From positions 100,591 through 164,590 of the forward strand of contig CAWILU010000006.1 in NCBI GenBank assembly GCA_963837055.1: a stretch of DNA of 64,000 bases, given 5' to 3'. Shown in pieces: positions 49,900 through 59,915 of this stretch. Position numbers and translations under genes: made by a program. The stretch comes from an uncultured Acidobacteriota bacterium. Lineage in GTDB: Bacteria; Actinomycetota; Acidimicrobiia; Spongiisociales; ZC4RG35. How positions within the stretch are numbered: the first letter of the stretch is position 1; the number at the start of each line of letters is the position of its first letter. Below the pieces are notes generated by a model. It saw nothing but the letters and a program-made list of their open reading frames with translations. It made no database searches and was not told the DNA's origin.

Positions 49900-50982
49900 A
49901 TGGACCGGGACCTGTATTACGGGAGCTATCTCAGACTCGAAAAGCTCCTCGACGCCCAGGAGCTGGAGAGCACAAGGGCCGGGAGCACAGTCCACGACGA
50001 GATGCTGTTCATCGTGGTCCACCAGGCCTACGAGCTCTGGTTCAAGCAGATTCTCTGGGAGCTGGACGAGGTGCGACGCATCTTCGGCCAGGGCATCGTC
50101 GATGAGGCCGACATGGGCTCGGCTGTCTCACTGCTGCGTCGCATCGCCGAGATCCAGAAGCTCCTCATCCAGCAGGTTTCGGTCCTCGAGACGATGACCC
50201 CACTCGACTTCCTCGACTTCCGCGACTACCTCTTCCCGGCCTCCGGCTTCCAGTCCGCTCAATTCCGACTTGTTGAGAACAGACTCGGTCTCCGGTCGGG
50301 AGACCGGATGAAGCTGGGAGGCGCCGTGTACACCTCACGCTTCAACCCCGACGACATGACCGCGGTGGCAGCCAGCGAGAGTGAGCCGTCGGTGTTCGAC
50401 CTGGTCGAGGGCTGGCTGGAGCGCACACCCTTCCTCGACCACAAAGACTTCTCGTTCTGGGACGCCTTCCAAAAGGCGGTGAAGCAGCGGCTGGAGGCCG
50501 ATCGGGACGTGGTCGAGACCAATCCCAGGTTGACGGCCGAGGAGAAGACAAACCAGCTAAAAGACTTCGAGTCGACCATGGAGCAGTACGAGGCGCTGTT
50601 CGATCCCGCCAAGCACGCCGAACAACAGGCCGCCGGGAAGCGACGCCTCTCTCACCGGGCGTTCCAGGCGGCGCTCTTCATCACTCTCTACCGCGACCAG
50701 CCCGCGCTTCAGGAGCCCTACCGGCTGCTCGAGCTTCTCATGGACATCGACGAGGGATTCACCTCGTGGCGCTACCGGCACGCCCAGATGGTCCTGCGAA
50801 TGATCGGGCGTCGTATCGGCACCGGCGGGTCGGCCGGAGCCAAGTACCTGGAGAAATCAGCGGAGCGAAGCCGGATCTTCGCCGACCTCTACAACCTCTC
50901 CACCTTCCTCATTCCCAGAGCGGATCGACCGCCATTACCTGAGGGCATCGTGGAGTCGATGCGGTTCAAGTACGAGGGATGA
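49900..50982 (+). CDS. kynA: Tryptophan 2,3-dioxygenase (long, eukaryote-like form)
   Basis: HDEMLFIVVHQAYELWFKQ, LETMTPLDFLDFR, ASGFQSAQFR, WRYRH and GTGGSAG. Confidence 0.95.
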   Translation: MDRDLYYGSYLRLEKLLDAQELESTRAGSTVHDEMLFIVVHQAYELWFKQILWELDEVRRIFGQGIVDEADMGSAVSLLRRIAEIQKLLIQQVSVLETMTPLDFLDFRDYLFPASGFQSAQFRLVENRLGLRSGDRMKLGGAVYTSRFNPDDMTAVAASESEPSVFDLVEGWLERTPFLDHKDFSFWDAFQKAVKQRLEADRDVVETNPRLTAEEKTNQLKDFESTMEQYEALFDPAKHAEQQAAGKRRLSHRAFQAALFITLYRDQPALQEPYRLLELLMDIDEGFTSWRYRHAQMVLRMIGRRIGTGGSAGAKYLEKSAERSRIFADLYNLSTFLIPRADRPPLPEGIVESMRFKYEG

Positions 50983-52103
50983 ACCTCAAGCATCACTTCT
51001 CCCGGTTTCTCGAGGCCGGACCAGGGCGTCTCCACTTCGCCGCGCACTCCCATCATCCCTGGCCAGATATCAGCTTCGATGCACAGCAACAGGCCTGGCT
51101 CGACGCGGCGGAGATGATGGACGACAAGTGGGAGCACATCTTCGCCCAGGTGATCCCCGGGGCCAGGTCCAGAGTCGCCCCCATCCTCGGTCTGGCCGAT
51201 CCCGAAACCCTCGCCTTTGGGCCGAACACCCACTCGTTCCTGCTCCGGATCTTCTCCTGTCTCGAGCCACCGGTCCGCGTCCTGTCGACCGATGCCGAAT
51301 TCCACTCCTTCAACCGGCAGTCGAGACGATGGGAGGAAGCCGGGCTCGCCATCGTCGATCGAATTCCGACCGAGCCGTTCGAGACGTTTGGCGACCGATT
51401 CACCCGGGAAGCCCGGGCCGGGGCCCATGACCTGATCTATTTGAGCCAGGTCCTGTTCGACTCGGGGTTCGCGGTGCCCGACCTCGACCAGATCGTCTCA
51501 TCGGTCCCGGAGAACCGCACGTTCATAGTCGTCGACGGGTATCACGCCTTCATGGCCCTCCCCGTCCATCTCGGGGCGATCCAGGACCGGGTCTTCTTCC
51601 TGGCCGGCGGGTACAAATACGCCATGGCGGGCGAGGGCACCTGCTTTCTGCATTCGCCTCCCGGCTACGGCCCAAGACCCCTCGACACGGGGTGGTATGC
51701 CGGCTTCGGCCAGCTCGAATCGGGTGTCAGCGAAGTGATCCCGTACGGCTCGGACGGATCCAGGTTCTTCGGGGCGACCTTCGACCCATCAGGTATCTAC
51801 CGAATGGAGGCGGTGCTGGGATGGCTCGAGTCCGAGGGTGTCAGCCCCGCCGACATCCACCGACATGCTCTCTCACTCCAGGAGAGGTTCCTCGGCGGCG
51901 AACCGCCACTGGGCGAGTTGTTGGTCAGCGACCCGGGTCGAAGGGGGAACTTCCTCACCTTCCGATCCGACACCGCCGGAGAGACCTACCAGCGGCTACA
52001 CGACAAGGGAGTCATCACCGACTTCCGCGCTGACCGGCTCCGCATCGGCTTCGGGGTCTATCACGACGAAGAGGACGTGGATCGTTTGTTGGAGCTGCTT
52101 TAG
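50979..52103 (+). CDS. Class V PLP enzyme, probable atypical kynureninase
   Basis: DGYH and AGGYKY PLP-Lys region, GWYA, D.R..RLR.G; ATGA-coupled to the TDO gene. Confidence 0.7.
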   Translation: MNLKHHFSRFLEAGPGRLHFAAHSHHPWPDISFDAQQQAWLDAAEMMDDKWEHIFAQVIPGARSRVAPILGLADPETLAFGPNTHSFLLRIFSCLEPPVRVLSTDAEFHSFNRQSRRWEEAGLAIVDRIPTEPFETFGDRFTREARAGAHDLIYLSQVLFDSGFAVPDLDQIVSSVPENRTFIVVDGYHAFMALPVHLGAIQDRVFFLAGGYKYAMAGEGTCFLHSPPGYGPRPLDTGWYAGFGQLESGVSEVIPYGSDGSRFFGATFDPSGIYRMEAVLGWLESEGVSPADIHRHALSLQERFLGGEPPLGELLVSDPGRRGNFLTFRSDTAGETYQRLHDKGVITDFRADRLRIGFGVYHDEEDVDRLLELL

Positions 52104-52128
52104 GTGTAGCACTGGAGCGGCAGCCCCG

Positions 52129-52218
52129 GCCGACCGGCGTCTATTTGCCCGAGGCTGCGAAGAACGCGATCGCCAAGAATCCGAACCGCCCTGAGGGGTG
52201 GCCTCGGGCAAAGTCGGC
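52129..52218. repeat. Long imperfect inverted repeat between convergent genes
   Basis: GCCGAC..TTTGCCCGAGGC (52129-52155) pairs with GCCTCGGGCAAA-GTCGGC (52201-52218). Confidence 0.65.
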
Positions 52219-52223
52219 GGCAA

Positions 52224-52625
52224 TTAAACAGGTACCACCGCGACGCAGACCAGTTCCACCTTCGCCCTGGGGTCGAAGAGCTCGGCGACCCCGATCAGGG
52301 CCATCGGCGGAAAGTGCTTGCTGAATACCTCCCGATATGCCTCCCCTATCGGCACCAGAGCCTCCTTGTATCCGTTGACATCGGTCGTGTAGATCGTCAT
52401 CGAGACCAGATCATCCGGTGCCCCTCCCGCCTCTTCGATCACGCTCGCCACGGCCCGACAGGCCCGGGCGAACTGTTCGACGAGGCCATCGTCGATGGTC
52501 AAGTCTTGATGGTGACCGGTTTGGCCGGCGATGTAGATGGTCTGACCATCGGCCGGGACAGCGCCATGGGAGAAGCCCCGGGCCGGAGAGAGGTCATCTG
52601 GATTCACGAGACGATGCCGGCTCAT
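52224..52625 (-). CDS. RidA/YjgF family protein
   Basis: IYIAGQTG, LVEQF, HFPPMALIGV and AKVEL. Confidence 0.9.
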   Translation of the reverse strand: MSRHRLVNPDDLSPARGFSHGAVPADGQTIYIAGQTGHHQDLTIDDGLVEQFARACRAVASVIEEAGGAPDDLVSMTIYTTDVNGYKEALVPIGEAYREVFSKHFPPMALIGVAELFDPRAKVELVCVAVVPV

Positions 52626-53449
52626 CGGCCTTTCCATTCCGGAGGGCGCTTGCCGGTGAAGGCGCGATAGAACTCGCTGTGATCCTCGGTGGTCATCAGC
52701 AACGCCTGGGTGAACGCCTCCAGTTCGATGGCCGAGCCCAGGTCCATGTCCAGCTCGCGGCTGATCAGCACCTTGGTGGCTCCATAGGCCAGGGCAGGGC
52801 CCGAGGCCAGCTCTAGGGCCAGCGACCTGGCCGCCTCTCCTAACTCGTCATCGGCCACGACCCTGGAGGCGAGACCGATCGTCACCGCCCGATCAGCATC
52901 GACGGTGTCGCCCAGAAGCAGCAGCTCGGTCGCCAGTCCCAGACCGACCACCCGAGGAAGGAGATACGCCGAGCCCATATCGGCCCCGGCCAGCCCGACC
53001 TTGGTGAACAGGAAGCTGAACGATGCGGATTCGGCGAGGACCCTCAGGTCGGCAGCAAGGGCGATCACCGCACCCGCCCCGGCGGCCACCCCGTTGACCG
53101 CCGCAATGACCGGCATCGGGAGCCGCCGGATCCGTTCCACCACCGAGCCGGTCATGCGGGTGAACTCGAGCAGGCCCTTCGAGTCCATTTCGAGGAGAGG
53201 GCCAATGATCTCGTTCACATCCCCGCCCGAGCAGAATCCTCGGCCGGTCCCGATGAGGACAAGCACCCGCACGTCGTTCCGATGCTCGATCTCGGCGATC
53301 AGGTCTCGCAGGTCTGCGTAGACATCGAACGTCAAGGCGTTGAGCTTCTCAGGTCGATCGAAGGTGACGGTTGCCACCCCATCCCCGACATCGAGCCCGA
53401 AATGGTCCCAGCTTTCGGTGAAGCCGGCCGAAGCGCGGTAAGGGCTCAC
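52622..53449 (-). CDS. Enoyl-CoA hydratase/isomerase family protein
   Basis: FCSGGDV, AAVNGVAAGAG and FTKVGLAGADMGSAYLLPRVVG. Confidence 0.9.
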   Translation of the reverse strand: MSPYRASAGFTESWDHFGLDVGDGVATVTFDRPEKLNALTFDVYADLRDLIAEIEHRNDVRVLVLIGTGRGFCSGGDVNEIIGPLLEMDSKGLLEFTRMTGSVVERIRRLPMPVIAAVNGVAAGAGAVIALAADLRVLAESASFSFLFTKVGLAGADMGSAYLLPRVVGLGLATELLLLGDTVDADRAVTIGLASRVVADDELGEAARSLALELASGPALAYGATKVLISRELDMDLGSAIELEAFTQALLMTTEDHSEFYRAFTGKRPPEWKGR

Positions 53450-53517
53450 AGGGGAAGGAGGCTAACTAGGAGGCCGAGGTTGCTTGCCTGCGACCGGGAA
53501 GCCCCGCAAGTGGTGAG

Positions 53518-54459
53518 TCACTCCGCGACTTGCACTCCGATTTTGCCCCGCGTGTGTCCGGTCTCGATCAACCGATGCGCCTCGCCAATCTCCGTCAGAG
53601 GGAGAATTGTCGACACTGTCGGAATGACCTCTTCTGCTTCCGCCATCGCTGCGACCTGTGTCAGCACTTCACCTATGGGTGGCACTGAGAAGATGAAATG
53701 CTGACGGACGCCGTGGGCTTGTGCCTCCTCCTCGGATGGCGGTTGCACGGCGGACACGAGGATTCCTCCTGGCTTGAGAACGGACCAGGAGCGCGCCTGG
53801 GTGTCGCCGCCCACAGTGTCGAGAACGACATCGACGTCGCTGACAACATCCTCAAACGGAGTGGTCGCGTAGTCGATGGCTTTGTCGACCTCCAGCTCGC
53901 GGAGAAAATCGATGTTCTGAGACGCAGTGCCAAACACGGTCGCGCCGCGCAACTTGGCGAGCTGAACAGCGACGTGCCCAACGCCGCCGGCCGCGGCGTG
54001 GATGAGAACCGTCTGTCCTTCGGCGAGGTCAGCGGCTTCGTACAGAGCCTGCCAAGCGGTGAGGGTGACATGGGGAAGGGCAGCCGATTGAACGAACTCG
54101 AGGCTTTGGGGCTTGAAGGCGACGTCGCTCACGGGGACGACGACGTACTCGGCATACGCACCGTCGCGCGTCACGCCGGATCTGGCATAGACGCTATCTC
54201 CGGGAGAGAACCCATCGACCCCGGCGCCGATCTCTTCGACGATGCCGGCCACGTCAGTTCCCAACACCAATGGGAGGGTGTGATCGAAATAGCCAGCCAA
54301 GTAACCCGACCGCAAAGCGACATCGAATGGATTGACCGATGTCGCATGTACTCGGATCAGCAGCTCGCCGGCCTGCGGAACGGGTCGGGGAGCCTCCTCG
54401 TACACGAGTGCCTCCGTGCCGCCATACCCGTGAATGCGCACTGCCTGCATGGTGGTCAT
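53518..54459 (-). CDS. NADP-dependent quinone oxidoreductase-like MDR
   Basis: SVNPFD, GTDVAG, GAYAEY, TAWQAL, HAAAGGVG and GHTRGK. Confidence 0.9.
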   Translation of the reverse strand: MTTMQAVRIHGYGGTEALVYEEAPRPVPQAGELLIRVHATSVNPFDVALRSGYLAGYFDHTLPLVLGTDVAGIVEEIGAGVDGFSPGDSVYARSGVTRDGAYAEYVVVPVSDVAFKPQSLEFVQSAALPHVTLTAWQALYEAADLAEGQTVLIHAAAGGVGHVAVQLAKLRGATVFGTASQNIDFLRELEVDKAIDYATTPFEDVVSDVDVVLDTVGGDTQARSWSVLKPGGILVSAVQPPSEEEAQAHGVRQHFIFSVPPIGEVLTQVAAMAEAEEVIPTVSTILPLTEIGEAHRLIETGHTRGKIGVQVAE

Positions 54460-54565
54460 CGACTGTCTCCCCCTGGCTCGCGATCGATAGGTGACGACCG
54501 TAGGGTATTCGGTCGATGTCCCCGAATTCTTCGTATCGCGTCGATTTTTCGGCGAAGCAAGCCGC

Positions 54566-55669
54566 ATGAGCAGGCCGCTGGTCGAGGAATCCGAGCGTCT
54601 TGGGCACGCTCTGATCGAGGTCGCCGACGCCGGTGCCGCCGGGCGCGTCAACCGGAAACTGGTAGGTGCCCTGGCCGACCATGGGCTCTTTGAGCGCGTC
54701 TTCGCCGACGAGACCATCACGGCCACTGAGTTGTGCTCCGTTCGACAAGGACTGGCCCGGGTGTGCATAGAGGCGGAGACCGCTTTCGCCGTGCAGGGTC
54801 TCGGAGCGATACCGATTCATCTCTCCGAAAACGACGAATTGAGAGGCCGGATCATGCCGGGCATCCGGAGCGGGGAGACGGTCGCGGCCTTCGCCCTGAC
54901 CGAGCCTGGGGCCGGCTCCGATGCCGCCGCCCTCTCCACAATCGCCGAGCCCGATGGTGACGGATTTCGAATCAGCGGGGAGAAGGCCTACATCTCCAAT
55001 GCTCCCGACGCCGACGTGTACACCCTTTTCGCCCGCACCACCGACGGGGCCGGCTCCCGAGGGATCACCGCGTTCGTCGTGAGCAGCGAGATGGAGGGGC
55101 TGAACGGGCAGCCGATCCCGATGCTCTCCCCGCATCCACTGGGCCGGCTCCATCTCGATGGTGTGTACGTGCCTTCTGCCAACGTCCTCGGCGAGGTCGA
55201 CCACGGCTTCCGGGTTGCCATGCAAACCCTGGATCTCTTCCGGCCCAGCGTCGGCGCATTCGCGCTGGGCATGGCGGAATCGGCGCTTCGCATCGCCACC
55301 GCCCATGCGGTCACCCGTACCGCCTTCGGGACGCCGATCTCCGACTTCCAGGGGGTCTCCCACCAGTTGGCCAACATCCGACTCGATATCGAGGCAGCCG
55401 AGCTGCTCGTCTACTCCGCCGCCGCCGCTCACGACAGCGGGGATACCGAGTCCCTGACCGGGAAGGCGGCGATGGCCAAGCTCCACGCCACCGAGACTGC
55501 ACAACGGGCGGTCGACACCGCGATCCAGGTGCTGGGGGCGAGAGGGCTCGAGGCCGACTCCACCCTGGCCCATCTCTACCTCGAGGTCCGGGCACCCCGC
55601 ATCTACGAGGGCACTTCCGAGATCCAGCGCAACATCATCGCCCGGGAGCTATTCAACGGGAGACTGTGA
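54566..55669 (+). CDS. Acyl-CoA dehydrogenase family protein
   Basis: FALTEPGAGSDAA, GEKAYISNAP, AFG..I..FQ, AMAKLHATE and RIYEGTSEIQR. Confidence 0.92.
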   Translation: MSRPLVEESERLGHALIEVADAGAAGRVNRKLVGALADHGLFERVFADETITATELCSVRQGLARVCIEAETAFAVQGLGAIPIHLSENDELRGRIMPGIRSGETVAAFALTEPGAGSDAAALSTIAEPDGDGFRISGEKAYISNAPDADVYTLFARTTDGAGSRGITAFVVSSEMEGLNGQPIPMLSPHPLGRLHLDGVYVPSANVLGEVDHGFRVAMQTLDLFRPSVGAFALGMAESALRIATAHAVTRTAFGTPISDFQGVSHQLANIRLDIEAAELLVYSAAAAHDSGDTESLTGKAAMAKLHATETAQRAVDTAIQVLGARGLEADSTLAHLYLEVRAPRIYEGTSEIQRNIIARELFNGRL

Positions 55670-55696
55670 TTGCCGGCCGCTCCACGGAGAGGTAGG

Positions 55697-56095
55697 TCAA
55701 CCGGCTATTGCGGCTCTCACCATGATGCAGGCGTGGGCCAGCCAGTTGAACGGCCCATCGTCCAGCTTCGCCATCAGCTCAGGTGACTCTGCCCCTGGCT
55801 GAAGCCAGATGTTGAGGATCCCAGCCTGTTGGCATTCATCGAGCACATCGAGCCCCCGCCGGGCCGGGATGACGAAATCGGCGATGGTCGGGGTCTCCGG
55901 AAGGTCGAGCACCGTCTTCCAGCACTGATCGCCGTCAACGGCCTCGCGATACGGGTTGACACCGAAGACCCGATAGCCCCTCCGCTTCAGATCCCGGTAA
56001 ATGATCCCGCCGTACTTCCCGGCATGATCGGTTGCGCCGATCACTGCGATCGAGGCGTCGGGCTCGGAGAGAAGTGGGGTCAGGTCGGTCATCAT
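55697..56095 (-). CDS. CoA-binding domain protein
   Basis: IAVIGAT, VNP and WLQPGAES. Confidence 0.88.
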   Translation of the reverse strand: MMTDLTPLLSEPDASIAVIGATDHAGKYGGIIYRDLKRRGYRVFGVNPYREAVDGDQCWKTVLDLPETPTIADFVIPARRGLDVLDECQQAGILNIWLQPGAESPELMAKLDDGPFNWLAHACIMVRAAIAG

Positions 56096-56155
56096 GTCCC
56101 AGGCACGGTATCGGCCCGCCCACACTGCCGGGAATCAACCCGTTACCGTGCCGGC

Positions 56156-57665
56156 GTGACGGAAGTTGTCGTCGATGGCGGACCACTCACCCCCGACCAG
56201 GTGGTTGAAGTCGCCTATCGGCGAGCGAGGGCGGTTCCCGGGCCCGACCTGGCCGACCGAATGGAACCGGCCCGAGCCGTGGTCGAGGCGGCGGTGGAAT
56301 CAGGCGAAGTCGTCTACGGGATCACCACCGGATTCGGCGCTCTCGCCTCGACCCGGATCGATCGAGACGAGGCCGAGACCCTCCAGTACAACCTCATTCG
56401 TTCGCATGCCTCGGGCGTCGGGGCTCCCCTGCCTGATCCGTTGGTGCGGGCGATCCTCTTGCTCCGGGCCAGGACCCTCGCCCAGGGCCACTCCGGGGTC
56501 CGACCGGTGGTGGTGGAGCGAATCCTCGAGATGCTCGATCGAGACATCCTTCCCGTCATCCCATCCCGGGGCTCGGTGGGTGCGTCGGGTGACCTCGCCC
56601 CATTTGCCCACATGGCGTTGCCCCTCATCGGCGAAGGCAAGGTGAGGATCGATGGCGCGATCGTCCCTGCGAGCGAGACCGACCTCATCCCCCTCTCACT
56701 CCAGGCAAAAGAAGGCCTTTCACTGCTCAACGGGACCGAGGGCATGGCCGCCATGGGGGCACTGTCCTTGCACGAGGCGCGCCAGCTCCTCATTGCAGCC
56801 GATACGGCCTGCGCCATGACCATCGAGGCCATGATGGGCAGCGCCCGTCCCTTCCGTGAAGACATCCACCGACTTCGCCCCCATCCAGGGCAAATCGCCT
56901 CCGCCGGGCGCATCGCAGCACTGATCGAGGACAGCCCGATCGGCGCCAGCCATCAGGACGACTTCGACCACGCCGTGCAGGACGCCTATTCACTGCGCTG
57001 CGCCCCACAGGTCCATGGTGCCGTCTCCGACACTCTCGATCACATGGAAGACGTCTTGACCCGGGAGCTTGGGTCGGTCGTCGACAACCCGATCGTCTTT
57101 CCCGATACCGCCGAAGTCGTATCCGCAGGCAACTTCCATGGCCAGCCGCTCGCCTTCGTCCTCGACTTCGCCGCCATCGCCGTCAGCGAGCTGGCCTCTA
57201 TCTCCGAGCGGCGCACCGACCGCCTCCTCGACCCGGCCCGTTCCCGCGGCCTGCCTCCCGTTCCTCGCGGTCAGACCTGGCGTCCAATCCGGCTACATGA
57301 TCGGCCAATACACCCAAGCCGCGCTGGTCGCCGAAAACAAGGTGCTCGCCCATCCGGCCTCTGTCGACACCATCCCCACCTCGGGCAATCAGGAGGACCA
57401 CGTTTCCATGGGATGGGGCGCCGGCCTCAAGCTGGATCAAGTCCTCCAGAATGCGCGCAGGGTGATCGCCATCGAGATCCTCTGCGCCTCGCAGGGGATC
57501 GAGTATCGCCGGCCTCTGCGGCCCGCCCGAGGCACAGCGGCCATCGTCGACCTGGTACGCGCCCATGTGCCTTCATTGAGTGACGACCGCTCGCTGACCG
57601 ATGAGATCGAGCTCGTGGCGGAACTCATCGCCGATGGATCGGTGACCGCCGCGGCCAACGCGTGA
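56156..57665 (+). CDS. hutH: Histidine ammonia-lyase (apparent +1 frameshift at about 57258)
   Basis: VYGITTGFG, GSVGASGDLAP (MIO Ala-Ser-Gly), KEGLSLLNGT, QDAYSLRC, GNFHGQP and QEDHVSMG. Confidence 0.93.
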
Positions 57666-58855
57666 CCGATCTCCTCCTCACCGGCATCGGCCATCTCACC
57701 ACCAACGTCGGCGACCCCATCGCCGAAGCTGCGGTGAAGATCGAGAGCGGGACAATTGTCTACGCCGGGCCCGAGTCCGACGCTCCGGATCAAGGCCCGG
57801 CGGAGCGAGTCGACTGTCTTGGTCAGGCGGTGATCCCCGGGTTCGTGGACAGCCACACCCATCTCGTGTTCGGGGGTGACCGCGCCGATGAGTTCGCCAT
57901 GAAGATGGCTGGTGCCTCCTATGCCGAAGTGGCGAAGGCAGGTGGAGGGATCCTGTCGACGGTGGCGGCCACGCGCGCCTCGTCCGAGGACGACCTATTC
58001 ACGTCGGCTGCAACCAGGGTGAGCCGGATGATCGCGGCAGGGACAACCAGCGTGGAGATCAAATCCGGCTACGGGCTGGATCTCGACACCGAAATGACCC
58101 TGCTCCGGGTCGCCAGGAGGATCGCCGCCGATCTGCCGGTCTCGGTCAAGACCACCTTCCTCGGTGCCCATATGGTGCCCGTCGAGTTCGGTAACGACCG
58201 GGCCGCCTATGTCGACCTGCTGGTCGAGGAGATGCTCCCCGCCGCCGCCCCGCTGTCCGACTTCTGCGATGTCTTCGTCGAGGAAGGCGCCTTCTCGGTG
58301 GCGGAGGCGCAGCGGATCTTCGCCGCGGCCCAGGGTCTCGGGTTGCGAGCCCGGGTGCACGCCGAGCAGCTCTCCCATTCCGGTGGGGCAGCCCTCGCTG
58401 CCGAGATCGGGGCGGCCAGCGCCGACCACCTCGATCACGTGACTGACGAAGACGCCCGGGCCCTGGCTGCGGCGGGCGTGGTTGCCGTGCTCGCGCCTGG
58501 CGCTTCCTATACGATGCGCTCCCCGCAAGCGCCGGGGCCGATGCTCCTCGACCACCGGGTCACGGTCGCCCTGGCCACAGACTGCAACCCAGGCACGTCC
58601 TATTTCGAGTCGCTCGGCCCGGTGATCAGCCTGGCTGTGGTGCAGATGGGGTTGTCCGTCGAGCAGGCGATCCACGCCGCGACGAGAGGAGGGGCACTCG
58701 CCTTGGGAATGGGCGATCATGGGCTGATCGCACCCGGATCAGCGGGGGACGTAGTCCTACTGGATGCGCCTTCTCCGGCTCATCTCCCTTATCGGCCGGG
58801 GGCCAACCTGGTGCGGATGACGATCAAGGCGGGGAGGGTCGTTTTCGGTCACTAG
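57662..58855 (+). CDS. hutI: Imidazolonepropionase
   Basis: DSHTHLVFGGDRADEF, EIKSGYGL, FLGAH, HAEQL, DHL and ATDCNPG. Confidence 0.94.
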   Translation: MTDLLLTGIGHLTTNVGDPIAEAAVKIESGTIVYAGPESDAPDQGPAERVDCLGQAVIPGFVDSHTHLVFGGDRADEFAMKMAGASYAEVAKAGGGILSTVAATRASSEDDLFTSAATRVSRMIAAGTTSVEIKSGYGLDLDTEMTLLRVARRIAADLPVSVKTTFLGAHMVPVEFGNDRAAYVDLLVEEMLPAAAPLSDFCDVFVEEGAFSVAEAQRIFAAAQGLGLRARVHAEQLSHSGGAALAAEIGAASADHLDHVTDEDARALAAAGVVAVLAPGASYTMRSPQAPGPMLLDHRVTVALATDCNPGTSYFESLGPVISLAVVQMGLSVEQAIHAATRGGALALGMGDHGLIAPGSAGDVVLLDAPSPAHLPYRPGANLVRMTIKAGRVVFGH

Positions 58856-58865
58856 GTTCGGCAAG

Positions 58866-59915
58866 GTGGACCGAGCCAAGATCGAGACCTTCCTCGATAC
58901 GTTCCTCGAGTTCGCCTCGGGAACGACGACTGTCGGCCTCCTCGCTGTCGCCGATCGCAGTGGCCTCACTCGATATCTCGACGAGTCGGGCGGAGGAACC
59001 TCCGATGAGGTGGCCCGCGGCGCCGCGCTTCAGACCCGCTATGTCGAGGAGATCCTCTCCGGGCTGGCCGCTGCGGGTGTGGTCGACTACGAACCGGTGT
59101 CGGAGCGGTTCACCCTGCCGGCCGAGCATGCCCTGTTCTTGTCGGACGACTCCAGCCCGTATTTCATGGGCGGATTCCTCGACATGCTTCCCGCGGTGCT
59201 CGCCCAGGTCGATCGGGTTGCCGAGGCGACAGCCCAGGGGGGCGGAGTTGGGTTCGAAGAGTTCGGCGACGTCATAGTTCGGGGAATCGACCGGGGGAAC
59301 ACGCCCTCCCAGAGCACATTTCTCATCCCGAAATGGTTGCCTGCGGTGCCTGGCCTGGTTCCGAACCTGGAGAAGGGGATCAGGGTTGCCGACGTCGGCT
59401 GCGGCTCCGGAACGGCCGCATTGCTCATGGGGGAGGCCTTCCCCAAGTCGCAGGTGATCGGATTCGACGTCTCCCCCGAATCGATTGCCGTAGCCCGGGG
59501 CCGAGCAAACGACGCCGACAACGTCGATTTTCTCGAACATGACGTCACCGAAATCCCGACAGAGCCGCCGTTCGGGCTGATCACCAGCTTCGATGTGATC
59601 CACGATCTGGCCGACCCTCTAGCGGGGCTCCGTCGCATCCGCGAATCTCTGTCCGACGACGGGGTGTACCTCATGATGGAGCCCAACGCCGGCTCCAAGC
59701 TCGAGGACAACCTCAATCCCCGAGGTGCGATGTTGTATGGGATCTCGACCTTGCACTGCATGACCCAGTCTCTGGCTCGCGGGGGCGTTGGCCTGGGTGC
59801 GGCGTGGGGCCGTGAGCGAGCGGCGGAGCTCGCCGGGCAGGCAGGCTTCGGCACGTTTCAGCCACTCGACGAGATCACCAACAGGTTCTCGGCCTTCTTC
59901 CTGCTCAGCCGATAG
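58866..59915 (+). CDS. Winged-helix plus class I SAM methyltransferase (Rv2258c-like)
   Basis: RYVEEIL.GLAAAG, ADVGCGSG, FDVIHDLADP and STLHCMTQSLA. Confidence 0.85.
   Translation: MDRAKIETFLDTFLEFASGTTTVGLLAVADRSGLTRYLDESGGGTSDEVARGAALQTRYVEEILSGLAAAGVVDYEPVSERFTLPAEHALFLSDDSSPYFMGGFLDMLPAVLAQVDRVAEATAQGGGVGFEEFGDVIVRGIDRGNTPSQSTFLIPKWLPAVPGLVPNLEKGIRVADVGCGSGTAALLMGEAFPKSQVIGFDVSPESIAVARGRANDADNVDFLEHDVTEIPTEPPFGLITSFDVIHDLADPLAGLRRIRESLSDDGVYLMMEPNAGSKLEDNLNPRGAMLYGISTLHCMTQSLARGGVGLGAAWGRERAAELAGQAGFGTFQPLDEITNRFSAFFLLSR

Noticed and set aside
56100-56156. HutC-type operator upstream of hutHI
   Set aside because: No TGTA-N2-TACA-like site is present there; the only such site in view is at 16475, 40 kb away.
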